A stretch of 64,000 bases of DNA, taken from contig CANIAS010000007.1 of NCBI GenBank assembly GCA_947465495.1, positions 444 to 64,443 of the forward strand, in the 5' to 3' direction. The notes beneath the pieces are model-generated. The model was given only the letters and a program-made list of their open reading frames with translations, searched no databases and was not told the DNA's origin. Origin of the DNA: Candidatus Pollutiaquabacter sp. Lineage in GTDB: Bacteria; Bacteroidota; Bacteroidia; AKYH767-A; 2013-40CM-41-45. Positions 38,211 to 47,608 of this stretch are shown one piece after another (position 1 is the stretch's first letter; every line of letters starts with the position of its first letter). The translations under genes and the position numbers were made by a program.

Positions 38211-38648
38211 ATGTCAAACGATCAATTCATGAACGCAGCTATTGAAGAGGCACGGCAAGGTTGGGATGAAGGCGGTATTCCTATTGGATCCGTTATGGTG
38301 AAAAATGGTCAAATTATCGGACGCGGTCACAATCAACGGGTGCAAAAAGGCGATCCTGTTACTCATGCTGAAATTGATTGTCTTCGAAATGCAGGCCGCG
38401 TTGGAAATTACAAAGACGTGGTCTTATACTCTACCTTGATGCCTTGCTACCTTTGTGCAGGGGCTGTGGTGCAGTTTGGCATAAAAAAAGTAATCGTGGG
38501 AGAGTCTCGTACTTTTCCTGGAGCAGAAGAATTCATGCGGAGTCATGGTGTTGAAGTGGTGAACATGGATGATGCAGAATGTGTCGAGATGATGGAACGG
38601 ATGATACGGGAAAAACCACAATTGTGGAACGAAGATATTGGCAAATGA
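38211..38648 (+). CDS. Nucleoside/cytosine deaminase (CDA fold, yeast cytosine deaminase-like)
   Basis: 'EGGIPIGS', zinc motifs 'HAE' and 'PCYLC', and C-terminal 'LWNEDIG' like fungal cytosine deaminase. Confidence 0.85.
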   Translation: MSNDQFMNAAIEEARQGWDEGGIPIGSVMVKNGQIIGRGHNQRVQKGDPVTHAEIDCLRNAGRVGNYKDVVLYSTLMPCYLCAGAVVQFGIKKVIVGESRTFPGAEEFMRSHGVEVVNMDDAECVEMMERMIREKPQLWNEDIGK

Positions 38649-38711
38649 TAGTTTAGGTTCTCCGTAATTAACTAAATAGCACTTTAATATTTTTCGATTT
38701 GTAATTTGTTG

Positions 38712-39524
38712 ATGGATTCACTGGCATTCACCCCTGAGCATCTTGCCGCTTTGCAACGGTATGAAACACTGTTGGAGCAATTGCCTATTTCGGAAGAGGA
38801 GAAGGAGCAGCTGATCAATCACCTGTTGCCTATCTTACACGCGCGTTATTTATCCTTAGTGGGCGAGTCAAAGCTGGGGTTGCTGAACATTCAGCTGGAA
38901 GCATTCGTAATTCGCAGAAAGGTGGAGATGGCACGTGCAGCTATTCATCGAGGTAGTGCGGTGCTGATCGAGGTAATCGAAACGCTAATTGCCGCTGAAG
39001 CGAAGGAGCAACGTGAAAAAATAGAGCACGAAGCCCGTCGCTTACAAGATGCCTTGTTAATTCGTAAAATGGAAGTTTTGGATGAAAAGGAGGCGGCTGA
39101 ATTGAAAAAACTCTTTCGCGAATTGGCGCGTCGTTTGCATCCGGATATTAATCCGAATTTAAGCGATTCCCAACGGCACCTTTGGACGCAGGTTTGTGAC
39201 GCTTACCAACGTGGCGACCTCGCTAAATTAAAAGTATTGATGATCCAGGTTGATGCTCATGTCGATACTCTGGACGCTTCGAAGGTCGGAGTAAATTACC
39301 TGGAATTAATCGAGCGAGTTAAAAGTTTGCAAGCTGTACTTGATGCTAACACAAAGCAAATTGAACAGGTGAAGAATAGCTTTCCGTATACAATTCGAGA
39401 ACTTATGGAAGATGAAAATTGGGTGGCTTCCCAAAATGCTATGACACGAGAAGCTACAGCGAAGGTGATGATTGAAATAGATGTTTATAAAAAAATATTG
39501 GACACACTTCTACCCGGCGAGTGA
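38712..39524 (+). CDS. Coiled-coil protein with an internal J-domain (HPD motif)
   Basis: 'ELKKLFRELARRLHPDINP...WTQVCDAYQRGDL', flanked by long helical segments. Confidence 0.75.
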   Translation: MDSLAFTPEHLAALQRYETLLEQLPISEEEKEQLINHLLPILHARYLSLVGESKLGLLNIQLEAFVIRRKVEMARAAIHRGSAVLIEVIETLIAAEAKEQREKIEHEARRLQDALLIRKMEVLDEKEAAELKKLFRELARRLHPDINPNLSDSQRHLWTQVCDAYQRGDLAKLKVLMIQVDAHVDTLDASKVGVNYLELIERVKSLQAVLDANTKQIEQVKNSFPYTIRELMEDENWVASQNAMTREATAKVMIEIDVYKKILDTLLPGE

Positions 39525-39525
39525 C

Positions 39526-39912
39526 ATGAGCGGATTGATCAAAATATCACCTGGATTGCTTGCGCTTATCCAAGGTCAGAATGAAGGTTTGATGCCATTT
39601 GCGCGGGAACTGGTTGTGCTGGAATGCCATGTTGCTGGAACATCCTACTTGGAGCTTGAAGAAATAGAGCCGTTATTGAAAGTGGATGATCGGTTTTTGC
39701 TAATCCGTGAACCTGATAACGAGTTTGACACCTTTGCTGTTGCTATTTATACGTCGCAAAAAGTGAAACTTGGCTTTTTACCCAAGGAAAAGAATGAGTC
39801 GGTGGCGCGATTGCTGGATGCTGGAAAACTGCTTTTTGCAGTATTAGTGAATAAGGAGTGGCAAGACGATTGGTTGAAGCTTTCAGTAAAAGTATTCTTT
39901 ATCGATCATTGA
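39526..39912 (+). CDS. HIRAN domain-containing protein
   Basis: 'HVAGTSY', 'LIREPDNEFDTFAVAIY...KLGFLPK..N..VARLLDAG'. ATG lies 1 nt after the J-protein stop. Confidence 0.85.
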   Translation: MSGLIKISPGLLALIQGQNEGLMPFARELVVLECHVAGTSYLELEEIEPLLKVDDRFLLIREPDNEFDTFAVAIYTSQKVKLGFLPKEKNESVARLLDAGKLLFAVLVNKEWQDDWLKLSVKVFFIDH

Positions 39913-40063
39913 TGGTTTTGGTGCACTTTGCTGCAGGTCGTTTCAAGTGCCGCGCGGTTCACTTTTTGATAACTGTAAGAGGAGGAAGTAATGAGGAAAA
40001 ACACCCGCCTAGAACAAAGGTGAAATTGATAGGTGTCTCGTGAAATCAATTGCTTAACTGCGA

Positions 40064-40651
40064 TCAACTGTTTGCCAGGAGCTGTGTTACTTGCTGAAGA
40101 TGTACCTTTTTTATGTCATCGCGTGATTCCTTGGCGGTTTTGGTGAAATAAGAATGACCGTTTAGGAAACTCACTTGTAGACGGTTCCACTCAAGGGTTG
40201 ATGAAAGTCGCCCTGTTTCAACGAGTTCTTGAAACAAGGTGTTTGCAATAGTATTGAAATCATCCCTTCCGAGATAATCCAAGTCGGCGTCGCAAAGTAT
40301 TTGTTCCAAATGTGTTTGTGGATGCTGTGGGTAGCGTGTCGCTAGAATCATCCCGCAAATGATTGAAAGGTCTTCCGGTGAATACCCGTATTCCGGAAGC
40401 TCTTCCCGCGCAAACGCTGCGCCAATGTTCTCGTGGTCCTCTGCGCTACGAAGGAATCCCAAATCATGATAGAGTGCTGCTATCTTTAGTAGCTCCAGCT
40501 GGTGTTCTTCGATAGATTCGCTTTGTCCAATGCGTTCTGCGGCTGATAGTACGTCCAGTGTGTGGTGAACGCCGTGGTAGTAAAGATTTTTGGGCAGTCC
40601 TGTTTCAAGACGTCGGATGATCTGGTCTTTGATGTTGTCAAAACGATTCAT
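40064..40651 (-). CDS. HD domain metal-dependent phosphohydrolase
   Basis: 'YYHGVHHTLDV', 'AALYHDLGF', 'HE' and 'LCDADLDYLG': the H, HD and D ligands are all present. Confidence 0.88.
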   Translation of the reverse strand: MNRFDNIKDQIIRRLETGLPKNLYYHGVHHTLDVLSAAERIGQSESIEEHQLELLKIAALYHDLGFLRSAEDHENIGAAFAREELPEYGYSPEDLSIICGMILATRYPQHPQTHLEQILCDADLDYLGRDDFNTIANTLFQELVETGRLSSTLEWNRLQVSFLNGHSYFTKTAKESRDDIKKVHLQQVTQLLANS

Positions 40652-40703
40652 GCTGTAGTTTTCAACGCTGAAAATTGTTCAGGAACACTCATCGTAGTGG
40701 TCA

Positions 40704-42395
40704 TTAGGAGTTGTTCGCTAAATCCGGAAAAGCATTACGGATGACTTTTTCTCTTAAAAGCTCTGTGGTGTATGGCTTGATCATAAAATCGTTCATGCCT
40801 GCAGCAGCACATTCGTCAATTTCTTCTCGCGTAACGTTGGCCGTCATGGCGCATATGCGAATGTTTCGCTTAGAAACGTTATCCATTTGACGGATTCTGC
40901 GAGTGGTTTCATAACCGTCCATTTCCGGCATTTGGATGTCCATGAAGACGAAAGTATAATCGTTCTCGGATAATTTATCCAGCGCAATCTGTCCACCTGA
41001 TGCGACATCGACTTCAATTTCTGGGAAGAGGTCGAGCAAACTATCTACCGCTACCATTTGATTGAACTCGTTATCTTCAACCAGTAAAATGCGCTTACCT
41101 GTCAAGTCAACGCTATGTTCATTGGTGCTAGGGTCCGCTACAACAGGTTTTTCGCAAATGTAGTAGGGGATCGTGAAGTGGAAGTCAGATCCCTCGCCCA
41201 GTACGCTCGCTACATTTAATTCACCGCCATGCATCTCTACTAGTTGCTTCGAGATGGTCAGACCTAATCCTGTGCCACCAAACTTGCGGGTAGTATCCGA
41301 GGATGCTTGACCAAAACTTTCGAAGATGGTTCCCAATTTATCTGCTGGAATCCCAATTCCGGTGTCTTTGACGCTGAAATGAACGAGTGGGCGGGTTGTT
41401 GATGGTTCCGAAATGGTTACCGAAATAGTAACGCTTCCTTTTTCAGTGAACTTAATGGCATTACCTGCCAGATTCATAATAACTTGTGTGATGCGCGTCT
41501 CATCGCCTAGAACGTACTCCGGAACTTCTGTGCCAATATTGGTTTGGATGTCAATGCCTTTTTCTTGTGCTTTAAGTCCGAGTATGGTATGTATACTCTG
41601 GATCGTCGTGGTCAGCGGGAATGCCACGGATTCAAGTTCCATCTTTCCAGACTCAATTTTAGCCAGATCAAGGATGTCGTTGATAATTACCAATAGGTTT
41701 GCACCGCTTTTTTGAATGACGTTCAGGTATTTTGATTGTTGCTCATTCAACGGACTTTTGACCAAAAGATTGGTTAAGCCGACGATAGCATTCATTGGTG
41801 TACGAATCTCATGACTCATATTCGCCAAGAATTGTTGACGGAATTTTTGTGTTTCAATCAAGTGATCGCGCGTGATTGACAAGGCTTCGTTGGTGTGCTG
41901 TAACTCGTGCAGTGTTTCATTTAATGTTTGTGTTCTTTCCTGAACTTGTAGCTCGAGTTTTTCTTCTCTTGTACGTGCTTCCTTCAACGCAGATTCATTA
42001 GAACTTCGTAGTCTTTCGAAATTTATTCGAAAAATGTTCAGCACTAATTGAGGATGCTCCATGGACAACTGGTAGAAAAGTTGTTTTGGAATCTCTACAA
42101 CGTGCAAATCGTCCCCGGCTACAATGGTTGCCGATGCGGATGCATCAGCGAGAAAACTTTCCCCTAGAATAGCAAGTTCACCCACTTGCGCCAACAGGAT
42201 ATCTTCATTGTAGATCTTCACTTGCCCGCGGGAAATGATAAACAATGCATGAGGTACAGTGCCCTTTTCGATTAGGATGGTACCTTGTGGATAGTTTTTC
42301 AATTCACTGCTCTCAAGAATATTGAAGGCGAGTTTTTCTTCAATATCTTTAAAAAGTACGCAGCGTGTTAGGTGCTGGTGGTGGGTCAACGACAT
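40704..42395 (-). CDS. Cytoplasmic hybrid histidine kinase: cNMP-binding domain + HisKA + HATPase + receiver
   Basis: N-terminal cNMP-fold 'LF...YPQGTILIEKG...LFIISRGQVKI...LGE', H-box 'SHEIRTPMN', 'GNAIKFT', 'DTGIGI', 'GGTGLGL', and REC 'MDIQMPEMDG'. No TM segment. Confidence 0.88.
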   Translation of the reverse strand: MSLTHHQHLTRCVLFKDIEEKLAFNILESSELKNYPQGTILIEKGTVPHALFIISRGQVKIYNEDILLAQVGELAILGESFLADASASATIVAGDDLHVVEIPKQLFYQLSMEHPQLVLNIFRINFERLRSSNESALKEARTREEKLELQVQERTQTLNETLHELQHTNEALSITRDHLIETQKFRQQFLANMSHEIRTPMNAIVGLTNLLVKSPLNEQQSKYLNVIQKSGANLLVIINDILDLAKIESGKMELESVAFPLTTTIQSIHTILGLKAQEKGIDIQTNIGTEVPEYVLGDETRITQVIMNLAGNAIKFTEKGSVTISVTISEPSTTRPLVHFSVKDTGIGIPADKLGTIFESFGQASSDTTRKFGGTGLGLTISKQLVEMHGGELNVASVLGEGSDFHFTIPYYICEKPVVADPSTNEHSVDLTGKRILLVEDNEFNQMVAVDSLLDLFPEIEVDVASGGQIALDKLSENDYTFVFMDIQMPEMDGYETTRRIRQMDNVSKRNIRICAMTANVTREEIDECAAAGMNDFMIKPYTTELLREKVIRNAFPDLANNS

Positions 42396-42525
42396 ATCGA
42401 ATCGGATTCAGTTCACGCAGTGGTTGAGACCGGTTTGTTTTGGACAGGGCACAAACTGCGCTGTAGGCCAAGGTAATGATTTGGCGGCTCAAAAAAGAAA
42501 TAATTTATGGACAAAACGCTTATAA

Positions 42526-42584
42526 CTTGTAGGTTTGATGCCTTTAAAAAGGTTGATTTTTTTGAGGATTCCTTGTAGGTTTGA
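42526..42584 (+). promoter_or_regulatory. Duplicated 13-bp element CTTGTAGGTTTGA, each copy containing a TAnnTTTG -7 box, upstream of nuoA
   Basis: Exact copies at 42526-42538 and 42572-42584. Confidence 0.55.
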
Positions 42585-42619
42585 CAACTTATAAATTAGA
42601 ACAAAAATTTATCAAAGAA

Positions 42620-42970
42620 ATGGGTGCTGGATCACTGATTGTCTTGATTATTTGTGGAATAGCATTTGCCGGAGGCGGAATTTTGCTCTCGAAAGTATTA
42701 GCACAAACTTCCACCAATGCTCAGAAAGGTCAAGCGTATGAATGTGGAGTTCCGACGCAAGGTCGCTCGTGGATTCAGCTCAATGTGGGGTACTACCTTT
42801 TTGCCATTCTTTTCCTAATCTTCGACGTAGAGCTCGTATTTCTTTATCCCTGGGCAGTCGTTGTGCGTGAAGCTGGTTGGATGGCTTTTTTGGAAATTGT
42901 CATCTTTCTATTTATTCTATTCCTGGGATTCCTCTATGCGCATAAGAAAGGAGCGTTGAAATGGATGTAA
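42620..42970 (+). CDS. nuoA: NADH-quinone oxidoreductase subunit A
   Basis: 'YECG', '[22 protein letters not shown]', 'KKGALKW'. Confidence 0.95.
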   Translation: MGAGSLIVLIICGIAFAGGGILLSKVLAQTSTNAQKGQAYECGVPTQGRSWIQLNVGYYLFAILFLIFDVELVFLYPWAVVVREAGWMAFLEIVIFLFILFLGFLYAHKKGALKWM

Positions 42971-43512
42971 AAAAAACGTTGGATCCGTTTCCGGGTCAGG
43001 TGCACCAATCACCCGGTGGCGGTATTCTCACTGGCACGTTGGATGATGTGATCAATTGGGCAAGATCCAATTCGTTGTGGCCGTTGGTCTTTGGAACAAG
43101 TTGCTGTGCCATTGAAATGATGTCGACGGCATCTGCTAAATACGATTGGTCACGTTTCGGCTTTGAAGTTGCTCGTGCAACTCCCCGTCAGGCAGACGTT
43201 ATCATCATCGCAGGTACCATTGTCAATAAGATGGGCCCTGTTCTGAAACGACTGTATGATCAAATGCCGGAACCACGCTATGTCATTGCTATGGGTGCTT
43301 GTGCTACTTCCGGTGGGCCGTTTTTTTACAATACGTATAGTGTTGTAAAAGGGGCAGATCATATCATTCCTGTGGATGTCTATATCGCCGGTTGTCCTCC
43401 GCGCCCTGAAGCACTGTTGCATGCCCTTATTACGTTGCAGGCTAAAGTTAAATCTGGCGCACCTCGCGAAAAAATATCGATTCCTGAATTACCTAAACCT
43501 TCCGCGTCATGA
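42961..43512 (+). CDS. nuoB: NADH-quinone oxidoreductase subunit B
   Basis: 'GTSCCAIEM', 'MGACATSGG', 'GCPPRPEA'. Confidence 0.95.
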   Translation: MDVKKTLDPFPGQVHQSPGGGILTGTLDDVINWARSNSLWPLVFGTSCCAIEMMSTASAKYDWSRFGFEVARATPRQADVIIIAGTIVNKMGPVLKRLYDQMPEPRYVIAMGACATSGGPFFYNTYSVVKGADHIIPVDVYIAGCPPRPEALLHALITLQAKVKSGAPREKISIPELPKPSAS

Positions 43513-43970
43513 TGAGCCACGAAGAAATCAAGTCGCTCATCTTGAATTATTCTCCGGAAGCGGTCTGCGATGAGTCGGGTCCCTGGTTGCAGGTATCGAT
43601 TCAGTCTACCGATTGGTTGCCCTTGGCGGAAGCGCTTCGCAATCATTCGCAGTTGCAATTCGATTACTTGTTTTGTCTGACGGGCGTTGATTGGAAGACT
43701 CATTTATCGGTCGTCTATCATCTGACGTCAAAGGTTTTTGGACATACCGTTGTTGTAAAAGTGAAAATTGACGACCGTATAAATCCGGTGGTTGAAACAG
43801 TAAGTAATATTTGGCGCACCGCCGAACTGCATGAGCGTGAAGCCTACGACCTTTTCGGTATCCGTTTTAATAGCCATCCTGATTTGCGTCGGTTGTTTCT
43901 GACCGATGAATGGGTAGGATGGCCGCTACGGAAAGATTACGAGGATCCGATTAATATGATAAAATTATAA
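43509..43970 (+). CDS. nuoC: NADH-quinone oxidoreductase subunit C
   Basis: 'LTGVDW', '[18 protein letters not shown]', 'GWPLRKDY'. Confidence 0.95.
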   Translation: MMSHEEIKSLILNYSPEAVCDESGPWLQVSIQSTDWLPLAEALRNHSQLQFDYLFCLTGVDWKTHLSVVYHLTSKVFGHTVVVKVKIDDRINPVVETVSNIWRTAELHEREAYDLFGIRFNSHPDLRRLFLTDEWVGWPLRKDYEDPINMIKL

Positions 43971-44028
43971 CTAATAGTTAGTTCAAGGGAATCATTATAT
44001 CCCTACTAAAAGATAAAGCGACGCATAC

Positions 44029-45144
44029 ATGCTTGAGGAAATCGGAACCACTGAACAAGGCGACTTGGTGATTAACATAGGTCCGCAGCACCCGTCCACA
44101 CACGGAGTGCTTCACCTTGTTATTACCTTGAACGGTGAAACGATTAAGAAAGTAGAGCCGCATCTTGGTTATATCCATCGAAGTATCGAAAAGATGTGTG
44201 AAAGTCTGACCTACCGTCAGTTCATCTACAGTACGAGCAGAATGGATTACCTCTCCGCTCACATCAATAATCACGGTTGTGCCTTAGCAGTAGAGCAGGG
44301 GCTGGGTATTGAAATTCCACCTCGTGCGCGTGCTATTCGTGTCCTTTTGAGCGAACTCACTCGATTAGCATCTCATCAGTTGTGGTGGGGAGCCATGGCC
44401 ATGGATGTGGGAGCCATTACTCCTTTCTTCCATGCTTTCCGCGAACGCGAGATGATCAACGATATCATGGAGGAGACATGCGGGGCACGATTAACGATGA
44501 ACTACATGGTGCCCGGTGGTGTGATGTTTGATCTTCATCCTAATTTCGTTACCCGGACCAAAGATTTCCTACGTTTCTTCCGATCTAAATTTAACGAGTA
44601 CGATGAACTGGTCACGAATAATATCATCTTTCAAGAACGTATGAAAGGTGTTGGCGTGCTTTCATCTGCCGATGCGATTTCGTACGGATGTACTGGTCCG
44701 GTGGCTCGTGCCTCTGGTGTTTCAAGTGATATCCGTAAAATAGCACCGTATGAAGGATACGACCAGCTGCAATTTGCCGAGGCCATCCAAAGCGGAGGTG
44801 ATTGTTTTGCACGCTACCTCGTACGTATGCAAGAAATGCGCGAGTCACTTGCTATCATTGATCAATTGATTGATACTATTCCAGATGGTGAGTTTCAAGC
44901 TAAGACTAAAGCCGTGTTGAAATTGCCGAAAGGCGAATATTACTCAAGAGTCGAAACTGCCCGTGGCGAATTTGGAGTTTACATCATCAGCGAAGGTGCA
45001 ACCACGCCTTATCGTATGAAGTTCAGGTCGCCTGGTTTTTCCAATTTGTCTGCGCTCGATCATATGTCGCGCGGATCCAAAATTGGAGATCTGGTAGCTA
45101 TCATGGGTTCTCTGGATTTAGTTATTCCGGATATTGATCGTTAA
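44029..45144 (+). CDS. nuoD: NADH-quinone oxidoreductase subunit D
   Basis: 'NIGPQHPSTHGVL', 'GYIHRSIEK', 'RMDYL', C-terminal 'DLVIPDIDR'. Confidence 0.95.
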   Translation: MLEEIGTTEQGDLVINIGPQHPSTHGVLHLVITLNGETIKKVEPHLGYIHRSIEKMCESLTYRQFIYSTSRMDYLSAHINNHGCALAVEQGLGIEIPPRARAIRVLLSELTRLASHQLWWGAMAMDVGAITPFFHAFREREMINDIMEETCGARLTMNYMVPGGVMFDLHPNFVTRTKDFLRFFRSKFNEYDELVTNNIIFQERMKGVGVLSSADAISYGCTGPVARASGVSSDIRKIAPYEGYDQLQFAEAIQSGGDCFARYLVRMQEMRESLAIIDQLIDTIPDGEFQAKTKAVLKLPKGEYYSRVETARGEFGVYIISEGATTPYRMKFRSPGFSNLSALDHMSRGSKIGDLVAIMGSLDLVIPDIDR

Positions 45145-45178
45145 TGCTTACTAAATTACCAATTGTCAAGACAACTAT

Positions 45179-46255
45179 ATGTTGAGCATCGCAGGTATAG
45201 CAAATAGTATCCATCAATGGCTGAACGAAACGTTCTCGTCCGGGTGGGCTACGTTGCTGGAGTTTGTGCTGGTGGGAATACTGGTCATCAGCTTTTTTGC
45301 CTTTTTAGGATTGGTACTTGTGTTCATGGAGCGCAAGGTCTCTGCGTATATGCAGTTGCGCGTCGGACCGAATCGCGTCGGCTACAAAGGGCTTGCTCAG
45401 ACATTGGCTGATACGATCAAGCTGGTCGTAAAAGAAGGACTCACTCCGGATGGCGCCGATAAATTCCTGTTTAATTTTGCTCCGTTCCTCGTATTAATTG
45501 CTTCGATGCTTTTGATGGCACCAATTGCCTTTGCCAAGGATTTTCAAATCTGGGACATTAATATTGGTGTATTATATATCACGGCTATTTCTTCCATTAG
45601 TGTGATTGGTGTGTTGATGGCTGGTTGGTCCAGTAACAACAAGTATTCGCTGCTTGGTGCTATGCGAAGCGGTGCGCAAATTGTCAGCTATGAACTCTCT
45701 GCCGGATTGGCGATAATGACCATCGTTATTCTTGCCGGAAGTATTCGTTTGAGTGATATCATCGCTTCTCAGGAAAATGGATGGTGGATTTTCAAAGGCC
45801 ATATCCCGGCAATCATCGCATTTGTAATCTACATCATCGCAGTTACTGCAGAAACTAATCGTGCGCCTTTCGATTTGGCGGAAGCTGAGTCCGAACTCAC
45901 TGCTGGATTCCATACCGAATACTCCGGGATGAAGTTTGCGCTGTTTTTTCTTTCAGAATATGTAAACATCTTCATTGTATGTGCGATCGGTGCTACGTTA
46001 TTTCTCGGTGGATGGATGCCGCTGCACATTGGACATTGGGAAGGATTTAACCACATTATGGACTTCATTCCTTCTTCGCTGTGGTTCATGGGCAAGACCT
46101 TCTTCCTGATCTTTTTGATCATGTGGTTCCGTTGGACCTTTCCGCGCCTTCGGATCGATCAGCTTCTTAACCTCGAGTGGAAATACCTCTTGCCAATTAG
46201 TTTGTTTAATCTCCTATTGGTCACCTTCATCGCCCTAATGGGCTGGTACTTCTGA
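45179..46255 (+). CDS. nuoH: NADH-quinone oxidoreductase subunit H
   Basis: 'ERKVSAYMQLRVGPNRVG', 'ETNRAPFDLAEAESEL', 'RWTFPRLRIDQ'. Confidence 0.95.
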   Translation: MLSIAGIANSIHQWLNETFSSGWATLLEFVLVGILVISFFAFLGLVLVFMERKVSAYMQLRVGPNRVGYKGLAQTLADTIKLVVKEGLTPDGADKFLFNFAPFLVLIASMLLMAPIAFAKDFQIWDINIGVLYITAISSISVIGVLMAGWSSNNKYSLLGAMRSGAQIVSYELSAGLAIMTIVILAGSIRLSDIIASQENGWWIFKGHIPAIIAFVIYIIAVTAETNRAPFDLAEAESELTAGFHTEYSGMKFALFFLSEYVNIFIVCAIGATLFLGGWMPLHIGHWEGFNHIMDFIPSSLWFMGKTFFLIFLIMWFRWTFPRLRIDQLLNLEWKYLLPISLFNLLLVTFIALMGWYF

Positions 46256-46277
46256 TCTGATAATATACTGACGAACC

Positions 46278-46757
46278 ATGTCCTTTTTGATTGATTACAT
46301 ACGTACGGTTTACAAGTCGGTGAGGTCGCTGCTCATTGGCATGCGTAAGACCGGCTATTATTTCACCCATCACAAGGAGATCATTACTCAAAACTATCCG
46401 GAAAACCGTGATACGTTGAATCTTCCTGAGCGTTTTCGTGGTGAAGTAGTGATGACACACAACGAAGCCAACGAGCACCGTTGTACCGGCTGCACAGCTT
46501 GCGAACTCGCTTGTCCGAACGGCACGATCAAAATCGTTACTAAATTCGATATTACACCAGAAGGAAAGAAAAAGAAGGCGCTGGATACGTTTGTATACCA
46601 TTTAGAGCTTTGCACCATGTGCAATCTTTGCATTGAAGCTTGTCCTACAAGTGCTATTAAAATGGATCAGGCATTTGAACACAGTGTCTATGATCGACGA
46701 TTATTAACTAAGAAACTGAATAAACCGGATTCTAAACTGATGGAGGGTGTAGAATGA
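46278..46757 (+). CDS. nuoI: NADH-quinone oxidoreductase subunit I
   Basis: Two 4Fe-4S motifs, CTGCTACELACP and CTMCNLCIEACP. Confidence 0.93.
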   Translation: MSFLIDYIRTVYKSVRSLLIGMRKTGYYFTHHKEIITQNYPENRDTLNLPERFRGEVVMTHNEANEHRCTGCTACELACPNGTIKIVTKFDITPEGKKKKALDTFVYHLELCTMCNLCIEACPTSAIKMDQAFEHSVYDRRLLTKKLNKPDSKLMEGVE

Positions 46758-47272
46758 GTATTTCAGCCATGTTCTTTTATGCACTTTCAGCTGCGGTATT
46801 GGTATCTGCAGTTTTATCCGTCACATCGAGGAATATCTTCCGATCTGCTATCTTTTTACTATTCTCCTTGATCAGTATTGCCGGAATTTACTTTTGGATG
46901 AATTATGAATTCATCGCCGCTGTACAGACCATTGTCTATGTCGGAGGTATCGTAGTCTTGATCATCTTCTCGATCTTCCTCACCCAGCAAGCGGGTGTCA
47001 GCTTACCGGCACCAATGAAAGGGCGGATGATTTATGCAGCGCTGGCTTCTATAGCTGGATTTGTTCTGGTGGTGATGCAATTGCTGGCCCATCCTTTCAA
47101 AGTGGATAATTCGGTGGTTGCTTCCAGAGGCATTAAAGATATAGGACATGGCTTGCTGGAGACAGGTGCTAACGGATATGTACTACCCTTTGAGTTGGTT
47201 AGTATTTTATTGTTGGCAGCCATGATTGGTTGTATTGTAATTGCATTAAAACCTAATTCCACCACAGCATGA
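46754..47272 (+). CDS. nuoJ: NADH-quinone oxidoreductase subunit J
   Basis: 'EFIAAVQTIVYVGGIVVL', 'LPFELVSILLLAAMIG'. Confidence 0.93.
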   Translation: MSISAMFFYALSAAVLVSAVLSVTSRNIFRSAIFLLFSLISIAGIYFWMNYEFIAAVQTIVYVGGIVVLIIFSIFLTQQAGVSLPAPMKGRMIYAALASIAGFVLVVMQLLAHPFKVDNSVVASRGIKDIGHGLLETGANGYVLPFELVSILLLAAMIGCIVIALKPNSTTA

Positions 47273-47583
47273 ACGAAGTCCCACTCAGTCACTTCCTCAT
47301 TCTGAGCACTGCGCTCTTTTTTATAGGTGTCTTCGGATTTCTTTCCCGCAGAAATCTGGTAACGATCCTGATGTCATTGGAGTTGATTTTGAACAGTGTC
47401 AATATCAATTTCATTGCCTTTAATCAATACCTGTGGCCAGGTAAGATGGACGGCTTGTTCTTCACGTTGTTCATCATTGCCATTGCTGCCGCGGAAGCCG
47501 CTGTAGCCATTGCTATCATCCTTCATCTATATCGTCATTACCGGTCCATTGATGCGGAGGATGTCGATACCTTACGTTTCTAA
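47269..47583 (+). CDS. nuoK: NADH-quinone oxidoreductase subunit K
   Basis: 'RRNLVTILMSLELILNSVN', 'AAAEAAVA'. Confidence 0.95.
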   Translation: MNEVPLSHFLILSTALFFIGVFGFLSRRNLVTILMSLELILNSVNINFIAFNQYLWPGKMDGLFFTLFIIAIAAAEAAVAIAIILHLYRHYRSIDAEDVDTLRF

Positions 47584-47608
47584 TCCCTTATAGGCCCAAA
47601 TTCAATCC

